From contig ML992505.1 of the NCBI GenBank assembly GCA_010093995.1, forward strand, positions 671,392 through 735,391: a DNA stretch of 64,000 nucleotides, written 5' to 3'. Shown here piece after piece: positions 45,913 through 56,665 of the stretch. How positions within the stretch are numbered: position 1 is the stretch's first letter; each line of letters starts with the position of its first letter. The notes under the pieces are model-generated. The model ran no database searches. It saw nothing but the letters and a program-made list of their open reading frames with translations, and had not been told where the DNA came from. The position numbers were made by a program, and so were the translations under genes. The stretch comes from Elsinoe ampelina. Its lineage: Eukaryota.

Positions 45913-48399
45913 ATGTCAAAAGTTACTGCGCATACGCCTGCGTGGTTGTCACGTCCGTCGACTGGATTTGAGGTCTTTCAACCGGCGGAGAAGAAGTCTG
46001 GGAATGCGCTCAGCAATGGATTTGGGAAGAAGGTCGATCACAGAGGTCCAGCGAGGACGGTGGTGAACCGCGGCACAGAGGTATTCTTTGTGGTGGAAAA
46101 CGAGCTCAGATGGTCGGATTTGGTGGCATTAAAAGAGGCAGGCGAGGGGGAGAAGGAGAAATGCTCAAAGGTGCTCAAGGCGCCCGTCGCTGGGAAGATA
46201 CAACAGCTGGTCATATCACCTCTGGGAGACTACCTGGCGATCGTCACGTCACACACAGTTCACGTCGCTGTGCTTCCGACAAAGTTCGAGACAGAGGGAC
46301 CAATTCGACTGAAGACATTTCAACTGGGACCGACAGCGCATGTGCTGGAGCAGGCGCCGCTTGCCTCTGTCATCTGGCATCCTTTTGGCGCGCTAGGATC
46401 TTGCTTGGTCACAGTAGCAACAGATGCTTGCGTAAGATTATGGGAGTTGAACACGGAGAACAGACATTCTTTCGACGAGCCTGCACTAGCCTTGGATCTG
46501 AAGAAGCTTGCGAATGCATCATCCTATGGAGAGGACATGCGAGCATCAGTCTATGGGACGAGCAAGGGGTTCTCTCCGGATCTTGTGGAGATGGAGGTCG
46601 CGGCGGCATGCTTTGGCGGCATTGGATCACCAGACGAGTTTGGATGGGCACCTGCCACACTTTGGGTAGCCATGACTGAGGGGGACATCTATGCTCTATG
46701 CCCATTACTCCCGAGCAAGTGGCAACCTGCAGCATCAACTATACCATCGTTGTCGACTAAAGTTGTATCTACGGCTTCCTTCCTGGATCGGGATCCTGAT
46801 GCTTCAGAGGAGGAGAGGAGGCAGGCAGTACAGCAGCAGAAGTGGCTGGCCGATATTGATGCACAAGAGCCTTTACTTGAACTACTACCTGGTGGCTTGG
46901 AGACAGTGGAGGTGTATCAGAGGCCGTCACATCCACCAGCGATTCCGAAGTTGCAAGGACCATTCCACCTCAGCCCAGATCCGGAGATTGACGACATCAC
47001 TGACATCCTGGTGATCGCACCCAGAGTGGATGACGAGCTTCTTGACGAGGAGGACGAGGACGAGTATGGCGAGTCGAATTCAAAGTCCGGGCTCTCAATT
47101 GGCCTGGTTTGCCTGCTCACGAAGTCGGCGACTGTCCACATCTGTCTCGACATCAATGGAGTAGAAGCGAAGTGGCTGCCATCGAGAAGGACCGCATTCC
47201 AAGCACCGGTGTCGCTGGCGGACGAGTCTAACATGCTGGTTCTCGAGAGCATCGAGCTGGACACCGATTCCTCTAATAGCTGGCCAGCATTGACGCCGAT
47301 CCTCTCAAACAGATACACCGCATCAGAGCCGCTCTACGAGGCTCATCCTGGCGGCCGATACTCTTTCTTAGTCACCCGAAGCAACGGCGTCGACTCCCTG
47401 ACCCTCACACCCTGGATTCAAAATCTCGAGGATGAATTAGCTGGACCATCAGACTCAGGCGCATCCTTCCGCATGGGACTTCTGCATGAATCAGAGCGTA
47501 CCCTAGTCACCCCCCTCATTAACATATCCGACGCCACCACCAACACCCCAGCCGCCATCTCTCTCATCGACTCCGACCTCTCCCACCTCATCCTCACCAT
47601 CTCTTCCTTCCAACCCTACACCGCCACCATCGACCTCCCTCTCCCCCTCAGCCCCACCGACCCCTACGCCCCCACATCAACCCAAGTCCTCCTCCCCACC
47701 TCCGAGGTCCGCGAACCCTACCTCCCCTCCCGCGATTTCTTCACCACAACCCAACTCCCCTGCCTCATCGACCAAACTCTCCACAACAACGCCCGCCTCA
47801 AACGCGCCGACGTCAGCTCCCAAGTCCGCCTTTCCCCCGCAACCCTCCAACTCCTGACCGAAGCCCACCGCATCCTCAGCGACGAAACCAGCCGGCTGGG
47901 TCTCGCGGCCGCCGATCTTTTCCGGAGATGTCAACGCATGCAAGCCGAGCTAGCAGAACAAGTCCAACGCGTACGAGAGATCAAAGACCGCGCCGACTCG
48001 GCCGACAGCAAGGACAAAGTCGCCACTCGCCTGCAGGCCATCCGGGACCGGGACGGGAAGCTGCAGAAGCGAGTCGAGGCCGTGCGGCGGAAGGTCGCGG
48101 GTCTCCAGGGCGGGGAAGCGAGTAAGCGGGAAGAGCAATGGGGCCAGGAAGCGCGGGACGTGGAGGCGCGGATGGAGAAGGAGTTGGAGGCGAGGGCGAG
48201 GAAGGTGAGGGAGTTGAAGGAGGAGATGGTGGGGAGGGCGAGGGAGGTGAGACGGACAGGGGATGGGGAGGCGGATAGGGTGCCGAGTGAGATTAGGAGG
48301 AAGAAGTTGGAGCAGGTCATGGTTTTGTTGGAGAGGGAGAGTGCGTTGGTTGAAGCGGTGGGGGAGAGGTTGGGGAGGTTGAGTGCGTTGGGGAGGTAG
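45913..48399 (+). CDS. NUP82: Nucleoporin Nup82/Nup88, intronless
   Basis: TPAWLSRPS.GF start, beta-propeller (ISPLGDYLAIVTSHTVH, WHPFG, GDIYALCPLLP) and C-terminal coiled coil. Confidence 0.85.
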   Translation: MSKVTAHTPAWLSRPSTGFEVFQPAEKKSGNALSNGFGKKVDHRGPARTVVNRGTEVFFVVENELRWSDLVALKEAGEGEKEKCSKVLKAPVAGKIQQLVISPLGDYLAIVTSHTVHVAVLPTKFETEGPIRLKTFQLGPTAHVLEQAPLASVIWHPFGALGSCLVTVATDACVRLWELNTENRHSFDEPALALDLKKLANASSYGEDMRASVYGTSKGFSPDLVEMEVAAACFGGIGSPDEFGWAPATLWVAMTEGDIYALCPLLPSKWQPAASTIPSLSTKVVSTASFLDRDPDASEEERRQAVQQQKWLADIDAQEPLLELLPGGLETVEVYQRPSHPPAIPKLQGPFHLSPDPEIDDITDILVIAPRVDDELLDEEDEDEYGESNSKSGLSIGLVCLLTKSATVHICLDINGVEAKWLPSRRTAFQAPVSLADESNMLVLESIELDTDSSNSWPALTPILSNRYTASEPLYEAHPGGRYSFLVTRSNGVDSLTLTPWIQNLEDELAGPSDSGASFRMGLLHESERTLVTPLINISDATTNTPAAISLIDSDLSHLILTISSFQPYTATIDLPLPLSPTDPYAPTSTQVLLPTSEVREPYLPSRDFFTTTQLPCLIDQTLHNNARLKRADVSSQVRLSPATLQLLTEAHRILSDETSRLGLAAADLFRRCQRMQAELAEQVQRVREIKDRADSADSKDKVATRLQAIRDRDGKLQKRVEAVRRKVAGLQGGEASKREEQWGQEARDVEARMEKELEARARKVRELKEEMVGRAREVRRTGDGEADRVPSEIRRKKLEQVMVLLERESALVEAVGERLGRLSALGR

Positions 48400-48530
48400 G
48401 GTGGGAGGGTGAGCGTGGCGTTGGTGTTTGGGTAGCATTAGGATAGTGGGAATGTATGATGGGATATGACTTTCATGGGTTCTGGTGGTGATTCATGTTG
48501 GTATGCTATGATGGCAAGATCTGGTATGTA

Positions 48531-48642
48531 AGGGGTATGTATGTGCGTTACATTACATGAGCTATTAGAAGTCCGGCAAAGCTAATGACTTCTCCTTTGC
48601 CCTTGCTGTATGCGTAAGAAAACAGCGCTTATCATCAACCGT
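48531..48642 (-). pseudogene. Inverted, diverged copy of the last 26 codons plus proximal 3'UTR of the 36195-39220 gene
   Basis: DDKRCFLTHTARAKEKSLALPDF* versus DDKRRFLTHVAKAREKSLALPDF*; both followed by TAGCTCATG...TACATACCCCT. Confidence 0.85.
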
Positions 48643-48652
48643 TGCGACTGTT

Positions 48653-48688
48653 GTAACATGGGCAGTAACATGGGCAGTAACATGGGCA
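48653..48688. repeat. 12-bp tandem repeat GTAACATGGGCA x3
   Basis: Read directly; lies about 10 bp from the inverted duplicate fragment. Confidence 0.9.
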
Positions 48689-49213
48689 AGGTCGATGAGG
48701 CGAAGAGAAAGGATGATGTTGCAAAAATTCACAAAAAGAATGTGGAGACACGGATATTCGAAATCCGGACCTTTTCGAATCGACAATGCAAACGAAACGT
48801 GATACCTGAGCACGATTAGTTGACCAATCACAGGCCAGGTGACGTGACTACTGACCCCTACACCATATCCCCAAGGATGAGCTTTTGCGGGGGGAAATAA
48901 AATATATATTATTCACATATCAAGCTCTCAGGTCGTACCCAAACAGCACGACCGAGATCACTACTGTAAACATGATCACTCCAAAGTCATATACGTGGCA
49001 AGCCGAGACCTGGTCCACCACAACAATAATCCTTTCGCAACTAATCCGACTTTGAGCACAAGTAATTGGATGGCTGCCCCGAATTTATTGTGGATGCCTG
49101 ATGAGCGTTGACAGTCACTTGTGCCTCACTGCGGTCTGTCTCTTTTCCAGCTTCCTTCCTGCAGTATTCGAAGCATCTCTGTTGCCAAGATAGCAAGCAT
49201 CACCGAGCACAAA

Positions 49214-50419
49214 ATGCACATCAGGGGAGTCTTCGAGTATTCACGGGCGTTTCATGCTCGACACCCGCGTCCAGTATCTTCGCCGACCACATTAGAAGGC
49301 CTTTTGCAGAGCGGCCGACTTCACACTGGCGAGGTCAATCGGTGTATTGATTCGACCAGAATTATTGTTCATCCCACTACAAGGCAGATCGCCGAGCAAT
49401 TCTTGCAACACAAAAGGGTCCACGGGACTGCAACGGAACAGCATGTATATGATACGCAGACAGGTGATGATACTGAACGCCTCATCCAGAGGCTCATACA
49501 GAAGAGACCACTTGTATTCTTCAACCCGCGTGACACCACATTGCTACGCAACCACGAACGGATCGGGAGTGCTGCCAGCATGTGGGACAGGGTCGGGACT
49601 GAGAATGAGTCGCCACAAATCAAGATGGCAGATTACCTGACGTACGATGAGATGATGGTGTCGTCTCTCATTGGCGTCTCGGGGTACACACCCTACGTCA
49701 ATGATGGTAACCGCCACAACAGGGGCAAGGTGGCAAATTTGCACTCGATTCAGTCCGAAGGGGTACAGATTGGTCTTGTTGGTGCAAGGTTCGAGCGGCC
49801 AGGGAAGATGGACTCCCTGTACGAGACTACCTCGGAACTTGAGCGAGCACCTCATCCATTCGCGAAGTCCTTCGCTGGTGACGACTTCGAAGCACGGTAC
49901 AAGGCGAGGATGAGGATCACTGTCGAGACGCTGCTCCTGGAGGCCGAGCAGAGAGGACAAGAGGCCGAGAAGAGGGCGTACGTCCATGTGGTCGGTCTCG
50001 GCCTCGGTGCCTGGGCATACCACAACGACCAGCCAAAGTGGTACATCGAGATATTCACACAAAGTCTTGCCACTTTGCGTCTATCCTGCATCCACACCCT
50101 GGAATTCGCATACATCAATGTCGACAAGGCGACTCGCGAAGCTGTCATTTCTGCAGGCACGCAGGTAGGCATCTCCTGTATCTTCAACACCCGGACTCCG
50201 AGCGCCAGGCTACAGGATGCTTCGTTACTTCTGATCACCTCTTATGCTTGGGATTCTAACTCCTATCCTGGCAATGAGTACTACATGGGTCTCTTGGATG
50301 CAAGTGGAGATCCGGCTGCCGCTTGCAGTACGGTGATAGCAGAGACTCACAACCCAGAGATCAATCCGTGGATGCTCGAGTCGATCAAGTATCTCAACGC
50401 ATCAGGTGGAGCAGATTGA
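49214..50419 (+). CDS. MavL-like (DUF4804) macrodomain protein, putative arginine ADP-ribosylhydrolase, intronless
   Basis: RL.QKRPLVF, YLTYDEM..SSLIGVS, GLVGARFE, YVHVVGLGLGAW and SYAWDSNSYPGNEY..G.L.ASGDPAAAC motifs. Confidence 0.75.
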   Translation: MHIRGVFEYSRAFHARHPRPVSSPTTLEGLLQSGRLHTGEVNRCIDSTRIIVHPTTRQIAEQFLQHKRVHGTATEQHVYDTQTGDDTERLIQRLIQKRPLVFFNPRDTTLLRNHERIGSAASMWDRVGTENESPQIKMADYLTYDEMMVSSLIGVSGYTPYVNDGNRHNRGKVANLHSIQSEGVQIGLVGARFERPGKMDSLYETTSELERAPHPFAKSFAGDDFEARYKARMRITVETLLLEAEQRGQEAEKRAYVHVVGLGLGAWAYHNDQPKWYIEIFTQSLATLRLSCIHTLEFAYINVDKATREAVISAGTQVGISCIFNTRTPSARLQDASLLLITSYAWDSNSYPGNEYYMGLLDASGDPAAACSTVIAETHNPEINPWMLESIKYLNASGGAD

Positions 50420-50770
50420 TTCATGAATCAAGCTCACATGCGTAGCATTCATTATCGCCACAGAATCAGCTGTGCCGGGTCACTCACTCAGGGCCGTGCA
50501 GCCTCGCAGGCAGCTGTCTCCTTCGAAGAAGCATTAACGTCAGACTGGATGATATTGCGTCACCTCTGGTCCGACAGCGTAGGTACAACGATCTGACAAA
50601 GACCGATATCGTGTTCGTCATCGCCTCTCACCAGTCGGAGGCATCACCACATCGGTCTCCAAGCTCCGACTCTCCCGATATCTTAGGCACCAGGATACCA
50701 AGCCGATCTATATAGACGGGACGTGTGACAGGCGACCTTGAGACATACCGCCATTACTACCAAAGCCACC

Positions 50771-51487
50771 ATGACCGCCCAAAGGACCATACCACCTCGC
50801 CGTCGCGTCGTCTCCCTCCTCCGCAAGGTCTCCACCACATCCATCCTTCCCGCCATTCCCCTCCTCATCCTCCACTCTGCGCTCACCAATAGGCTCCATC
50901 TCACCCTCGTGGTCATCCCACTCCTAACTTCCACCATACTCGGCCTCACGATCCTAAGGAAAGCCCGTAAGCTGGCGCTCCAGCTCGCCACCAACGACTC
51001 CAGCCCTTCTCCGCCTGAAATCAAGAAAGCAAAGAAGAAGGTCCTTCTTCTCTTCATCTTCGACCTTGCCCTAGCTACGGTCTACGCCATACTACTCGTC
51101 TCAATCCATGTCAAAGCCATTAAGTCGAGCAGGACAAGCATGTTGACGGCGTACGTGTGCATGCCATTGTGGGTGAATCTGTATGTCGAAATTGATTCAT
51201 GATCAAGGGGCAGAGGCTGATAGATCGACAGATTTGCGCACAGTCTTCTCGCTACGAGGATACTATGTAAGGCATTGGTAGGCTGTGTCAAGCGCAAGCA
51301 TATGCGGACGCTCCAGAGTCGTGGGTGGAAGGGTTCGAGATGTATGAAGCCTGGGGTCAATCCGTGCAGTGAGCGCGAGACAGCGGAGACGGCGACCATG
51401 TGGAATGGCAATGAGAAGGACGTGTTGTTGACGCCGACTACTACTGTGGATGATGCAAGAGGAGAGGTAGGGCCAGTGGCGGCTTGA
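50771..51487 (+). CDS. Hypothetical multi-pass membrane protein; intron 51181-51231
   Basis: About four hydrophobic segments; splicing GTATGT..GACAG joins ORF 50738 to ORF 51275 in frame. Confidence 0.6.
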
Positions 51488-52081
51488 AGCAGTGTTACAG
51501 GACGAGAATCGCCGCTCGAGACAGGTGAGCTCAGGGCGGAGGAGTGGCGAGTGTCACCGGAGTATGCTTGACATGTTAATGTGGATGAGCAGTGGACGCA
51601 GAGCAGGAGATGGGAGTGTCTTTCTTGATAGCGTTTCTGTATTTCAAACACGATTTACTTGCCGCCGCGATCTTTTCCGGAGTTGAGCTGCATACACAGA
51701 GGCTCGTTACACTGATACTTCTCATCTCCCATGAGATTATGCGCGAGCTGTTTGTTGCTCATTCCCATGGAGTCCATCCTGTTCGATAATTGTCGTTTAG
51801 ACCTCTTGGCTGGTGTCCGAGCCTCTTCACTGCAAGATCTTCTTGGTCTTTCTCACCAGTACGGGCTATCAAATCACCAGTGTCCTCTCACATGATCCTC
51901 TTTGCCTGCAGTCTGCCTCTTTCCCGGTAGTACTGATTCCGTCCATTCTCCACGTCTACATCTGGCGATTTGGGCGGCGGAGTGATCCATGAAGCCTCGC
52001 CAGTCTCAAATGGTTGCAAGGCCGATATCATGCTTGGTATAGTCCTGCAGCAGTGCTGTTCCTCGGTGTCGCCATCCTTCT

Positions 52082-52371
52082 TCATGAGTTGTCATCGATC
52101 TCTTTCCAGACTGCTTCCATCTTTTTCCGGCGTTCCTTTGCCTTTTCCCGGTTCTGCTTTGTCCTGTCCAGACGTTCCGCTCGCAGACACATGTTGACAG
52201 CGTGCTTCGCTTCGGTGCACATGCCCATGGACTTCCAGAGAAAGCCGCGGGCGTGACACTCTTCGAGGGCGTTCATGACGTCCTCGCACTCTAGATATGT
52301 TAGGTAAAGCTGATACATGCTGCCATCCTGCACATACTCTTGTTGTCCTTGGTATGCAAGTGAGGATGCAT
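52082..52371 (-). CDS. CMC2: Twin CX9C cytochrome c oxidase assembly factor Cmc2; intron 52337-52291
   Basis: MHPHLH..K|CEDVMNALEECH..GMCTEAKHAVNMCLRAER. Confidence 0.88.
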
Positions 52372-52569
52372 CGTGGAGCGTAGACACCAGGTCGAAGTAC
52401 TGCAGGAAGAGGGGCGATGTGAGGAAATACTTGGACCCTTGGGAAAGTATATCTGCACAGCATCAGATCTGGACCACTGGACACGATCGGCCAAAGTTTC
52501 AGCGCACCGTACCTGCCTCTTCGAAGTCACAGGAGTGGTTGTCTCAACTATATCATTCGCCTCCCAGAC

Positions 52570-53099
52570 ATGTCGCAACAACAGGTGTCTGCGAAGAAGC
52601 AGCAAGGCATGTCATGAGACTCTATTCACTGAACAAGCATTGACCGTCAGCAGAACTGCAAGCGCAATATCAAAATTACAAGGACACCCTTCAAGCCATT
52701 GCACAGAAAATTGGCGATGTCGAATCTGAGGTCGAAGAACACAAGTAAGGCAGCCTTTGTGCAAAATAATGGATCGAATCTTTGGCTTGCTATTCAATCA
52801 TTTATAGTCATGACTGACACTTCACAGGCTCGTCCTCGAGACGCTGCAACCTCTGCCGGAAGACCGCAAATGCTTTCGCATGATCAACGGTGTATTGGTT
52901 GAGCGCACAGTCAAGGATGTCTCACCGCAACTCAAAACAAATTCTGAAGGCCTCAAGAAGGTCCTTGACGATTTACTGAAACAATATACTTCCAAGCAGG
53001 AAGAGCTTGAGAAGTGGAAGGTAAGCAGACGGTTCCCTTGTCTGTAGACCTTGCTGACACGCTCAGATCGCCAACAAGATTCAAGTGGTACAGCAGTGA
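52570..53099 (+). CDS. GIM4: Prefoldin subunit 2; exons 52570-52606, 52654-52744, 52828-53020, 53067-53099 (first intron GC-AG)
   Basis: ELQAQYQNYKDTLQAIAQKIGDVESEVEEHK|LVLETLQPLPEDRKCFRMINGVLVERTVKDV; not captured by the ORF track. Confidence 0.92.
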
Positions 53100-53550
53100 T
53101 AGCACAATAATAAGCCATCTGGAATGCTTTGCAGTCGGATACTGGCATACACTATGTATCACCGAATCCGCACGAACCGATTGAAGCCGGTAGAGGACAT
53201 CTTCACACTCGCACAGGGCTGATGAAAACCTGAAGTGCCTGGCGAGTACAAAGCAGACCGAGGACAGAAGATCATTAAGTTCGACTTGTCCTCTGCGGAT
53301 TGTCACGGGCAAGATGAGCTCTTCACTGGCAAGAAGTGCGTACCAAGCGGCACCTCCGGGATTGTCTGGGGTCAGGCGCACGCTTTAGCAGGTTGAAAGA
53401 CGGGAAGATGATCTTTTAGGCCGCTGTGCAGGTATCCGAAAGTATCCATGGCCATGCAAAGTATTGAAAGGATAGATGGTGCTAGATGCAGGATGAGGTC
53501 GTGGATGCCCAAAGGCGAGGAGAAGGCTGTCTGCGGCCTCGTCGATCTCC

Positions 53551-53901
53551 GATTGGCTGGCGTTTCTTCGATGTCACTCAGCCGGAGAGTTTGAGCAATC
53601 GCGGCTGCGACTAAATCATGCAATGTTGATCTTACTACTGTGCTCTCTCTCTCAGTGATCATTTCATGATTGAAATGTGTGAATCAGACCACGAGCAGTC
53701 AGTCGTGTCATCACGTGTGGCTTCGTCCATGCAGCGAGATGCTCTGATCCTGACCTGCAAGCAACCATTGGATACCCGCCCTGCATTTCTTCCTTCGTCA
53801 TTGGGCATTGAAGGTATTTAACCGTGACACAATTCTATGCGCTGGCAAATCACCCTTCGATCGCATCGATTTACCGCCCGAAAAGGCGGTCATTGGGCAT
53901 T
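53551..53901 (-). promoter_or_regulatory. Cluster of CCAAT boxes upstream of HAP3
   Basis: ATTGG at 53552, 53767, 53800 and 53892; 13-bp direct repeat GTCATTGGGCATT at 53797 and 53889. Confidence 0.35.
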
Positions 53902-54347
53902 CAGCTCGCAAACTCTCGTGGTTCCTGCATGGGCTTGGCGAGCAGAAGCACCCCACGCCCGCCATCCCAACTCAGTCGCGTCGCTGGAATTTGGGACGCC
54001 AGCTGAATGATTCGAGCTTTCACAATCCACCGCACTGCTATAGACAATCTCAAGAGAAAGACAGCAAGATCGGCATAGACAGCGTACTCTGTCAAGACTG
54101 AAAATCAGCAATATCCCTACCCCAGCCCCGCCGAACGACGCGTTACACCGCTTCTTCAACCCACGTCAATCAAGAACCTCGCTAGTACCTTGCGTCAGTT
54201 GCCCGGCTCCGTAGTCGGCAGCCCATTGCTGCATCCGCATCGTAGCCCGATCAGAAAAAACAGCACGACTCGACTGCCAGCGCATCAATTACGAAGGAGC
54301 CGCAGCCAAGGATCCACCACCCATACCGCTCTCGTCAACATCATATC

Positions 54348-55873
54348 ATGTCTCAGAGCCCAAGGCCGGAAGGAGACGATGAAAAGCAGGACAAGTCCCC
54401 AGATACTGAGGGAAAGGAGGAAGGACAACAAGAGATGTCGCATGACTACCCACCAGAATATGAGGTAGATTCATCTCTGCTTGCTCTCAAGGTACACATG
54501 CTGACATGAGCAGGTCAAGGAGCAAGATCGTTGGTTACCCATAGCGAATGGTAAGTCTTGATTCCACATGTCCCCGTCATTGTGTTGCACAAGGGGGCGC
54601 GAATACGAAGAATCCCTTGGTCGACCGCATCACGAAGCGCCGGCAGCTGCTCAACATGGGGCGGCATCATCCCTCGACTCGAGCCTGGACGCCCGCTATT
54701 TCATCTCGCCAGCCACACCTCTTCTTCCCCGTCGAATCAGAGACATATCACACTCTTCGTCGGGATCAATCATTTTTCTTCTATCAGTGATCTTCAAGGC
54801 ACGCAACATCTCGACTCGCGGATCTCTAGCACAGACCACTGTTCACCATCATGTCAAGTGGCCCAGGAGGTTCTTTCATGCCGGTATTTCATAGCAAGCC
54901 CACGTCGGCACCCGAGGTGACTGCCGGCATGCGACTTCCACCAATACAAGCTCCGCCGCGATATCCCAGCCTCAGCTACACCTATTCGTCCGCGTCCACC
55001 CAATCGCCATCTTCACACGCCTCCCCGCATACGCCTTACAGCGCTCCCTCTCCAGCGTTTTCCCATGCGACCACGACGACCGCTTTACCTGCCCAGAGCA
55101 CTCCGGCAGCAGCATCCGCATCCAGGGCGTCCTCGTTCACCGCCAAGGCGTCATCGTCGGGATCCGACACCTCCTCCCGCGGTGCCTCAACCTCTGCCGC
55201 AATTCGCATCGACACCCCAGGAATTTCCGCCGCCACAAGACGCACGCTCAACAATTCTGACGCATGGATTGCTAACTATGCACCAGTCGCTCGATTGATG
55301 AAGACTGCTCTTCCTGAGAACGCAAAGGTATGTTGGCTCGATCTTCCAACAGACTTGCTCTTCGATCTCGGAGCTTCGGCAACGATGAAACAACTGCTGA
55401 CATGCATCAGATTGCCAAAGAAGCAAAAGAGTGCCTGCAAGAATGTGTTAGCGAATTCATCTCCTTCATCACGAGCGAAGGTGCGTCGTCAGAAGGCAAG
55501 CATTCTTCTCCACAGCTAATGCAACGCAGCCGCCGAGAAGTGCCAGCAAGAGAAGCGCAAGACCGTGAACGGAGAAGACATCATCTTCGCCATGACCTCC
55601 CTCGGTTTCGAAAACTATAGTGAAGCCCTCAAGATCTACCTCAGCCGCTACCGCGAAGTGCGCCCCTCCTCCCACGTCTCCGAACCCTACTGACCCATCC
55701 AGACCCTCGTAGCCCGCGGCGACCAGAAAGCAGGAGCAGGCGGACAAGGCGGCAACGCATCCGGCGGCGAGTACGACACCTCCAACCAAGACATCATGGG
55801 CGGCGCCATGGACAACACCCAGCAAGGCGACTACCCCTACGGTGTCCCCGGCGCGGCTGGCGATTTCCAGTAG
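54348..55873 (+). CDS. HAP3: CCAAT-binding complex subunit NF-YB (Hap3/HapC); exons 54348-54464, 54514-54550, 55287-55327, 55411-55480, 55530-55657, 55703-55873
   Basis: [79 protein letters not shown] histone fold. Confidence 0.95.
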
Positions 55874-56665
55874 GACTCCAGAGTGCCTTCGCCGCTGCCG
55901 ATGCCCAGGAGTGCTGAGCAGATACTACGGGACTGGATCTCGACGTGGCAGGATCGAGTGGCGAGAGAGACGGCGTTGGAGGAGAAGGAGGGAGGTGGCC
56001 TGCTTGGAGAGCTGGGGGAGGCGAGCAGCACTTGAGTGTGTCGTGCTGAGGTCGCCGGTGATGTGGAATGTGGTTACGAGAAGCACGATACGCGAGGGGA
56101 TGATGTGTGGGGGGCTGTAATGGGAGGTATTCTGATTCTTGCGCATACTTTCCTCGGACGATCCGCTGCTGTACGATAATGATGTTGAAAATGAAACTGT
56201 GATTGACCACGGGATGCGCTTTGTACAGTCATCTTTCATCCTTTCATCAATGCATGACAATGGTGGGGACGATATTTAGGGATGGATATGGGGATGCAGT
56301 GCAGTGTTGCATTTGATTTATCTAGTAGCTTTCTGGGAATGTTGTGATGGGTTTGTGAGTCGCGTGTGTTGGGGACGAAGTCATGATTGATGGCTGGTCG
56401 CGCCATGTCGTTATGTTGCTAGATCTGCATGTGCTATTGACACGCTGGTATCATGCTGTGATGGACTCGTGGGAACGTGGTGCGGAGCGTGCTGGGAGAC
56501 TCGTGCTATTGTGCTTGTGGTGTGCAAGTCGTGCTGCGAGATTGTCGATGCTGGGTATGCATTGCGGAAGATGGGTCTTTCGAAAGCTTGAGCACGAAGC
56601 TCTTGTGATGCGAGAGCGTTTCCGCAGTGTCGTCGATTGGGGGCGTACGTGAGTTGCAAGGCTGT

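Noticed and set aside
48565..48831. 88-aa minus-strand ORF as a functional gene
   Set aside because: A chimera of non-coding sequence, a tandem repeat and the duplicated fragment, with no ATG start.
9242..50419. DUF952 (ART-like fold) and MavL-like hydrolase as a writer/eraser pair
   Set aside because: 40 kb apart with many housekeeping genes between; no linkage evidence, and DUF952 activity is unknown.
52953..53662. Possible spliced minus-strand gene (ORFs 53372-53662 and 52953-53381)
   Set aside because: No clear branch point, no recognisable domain, and it would overlap GIM4 antisense; cannot be supported.
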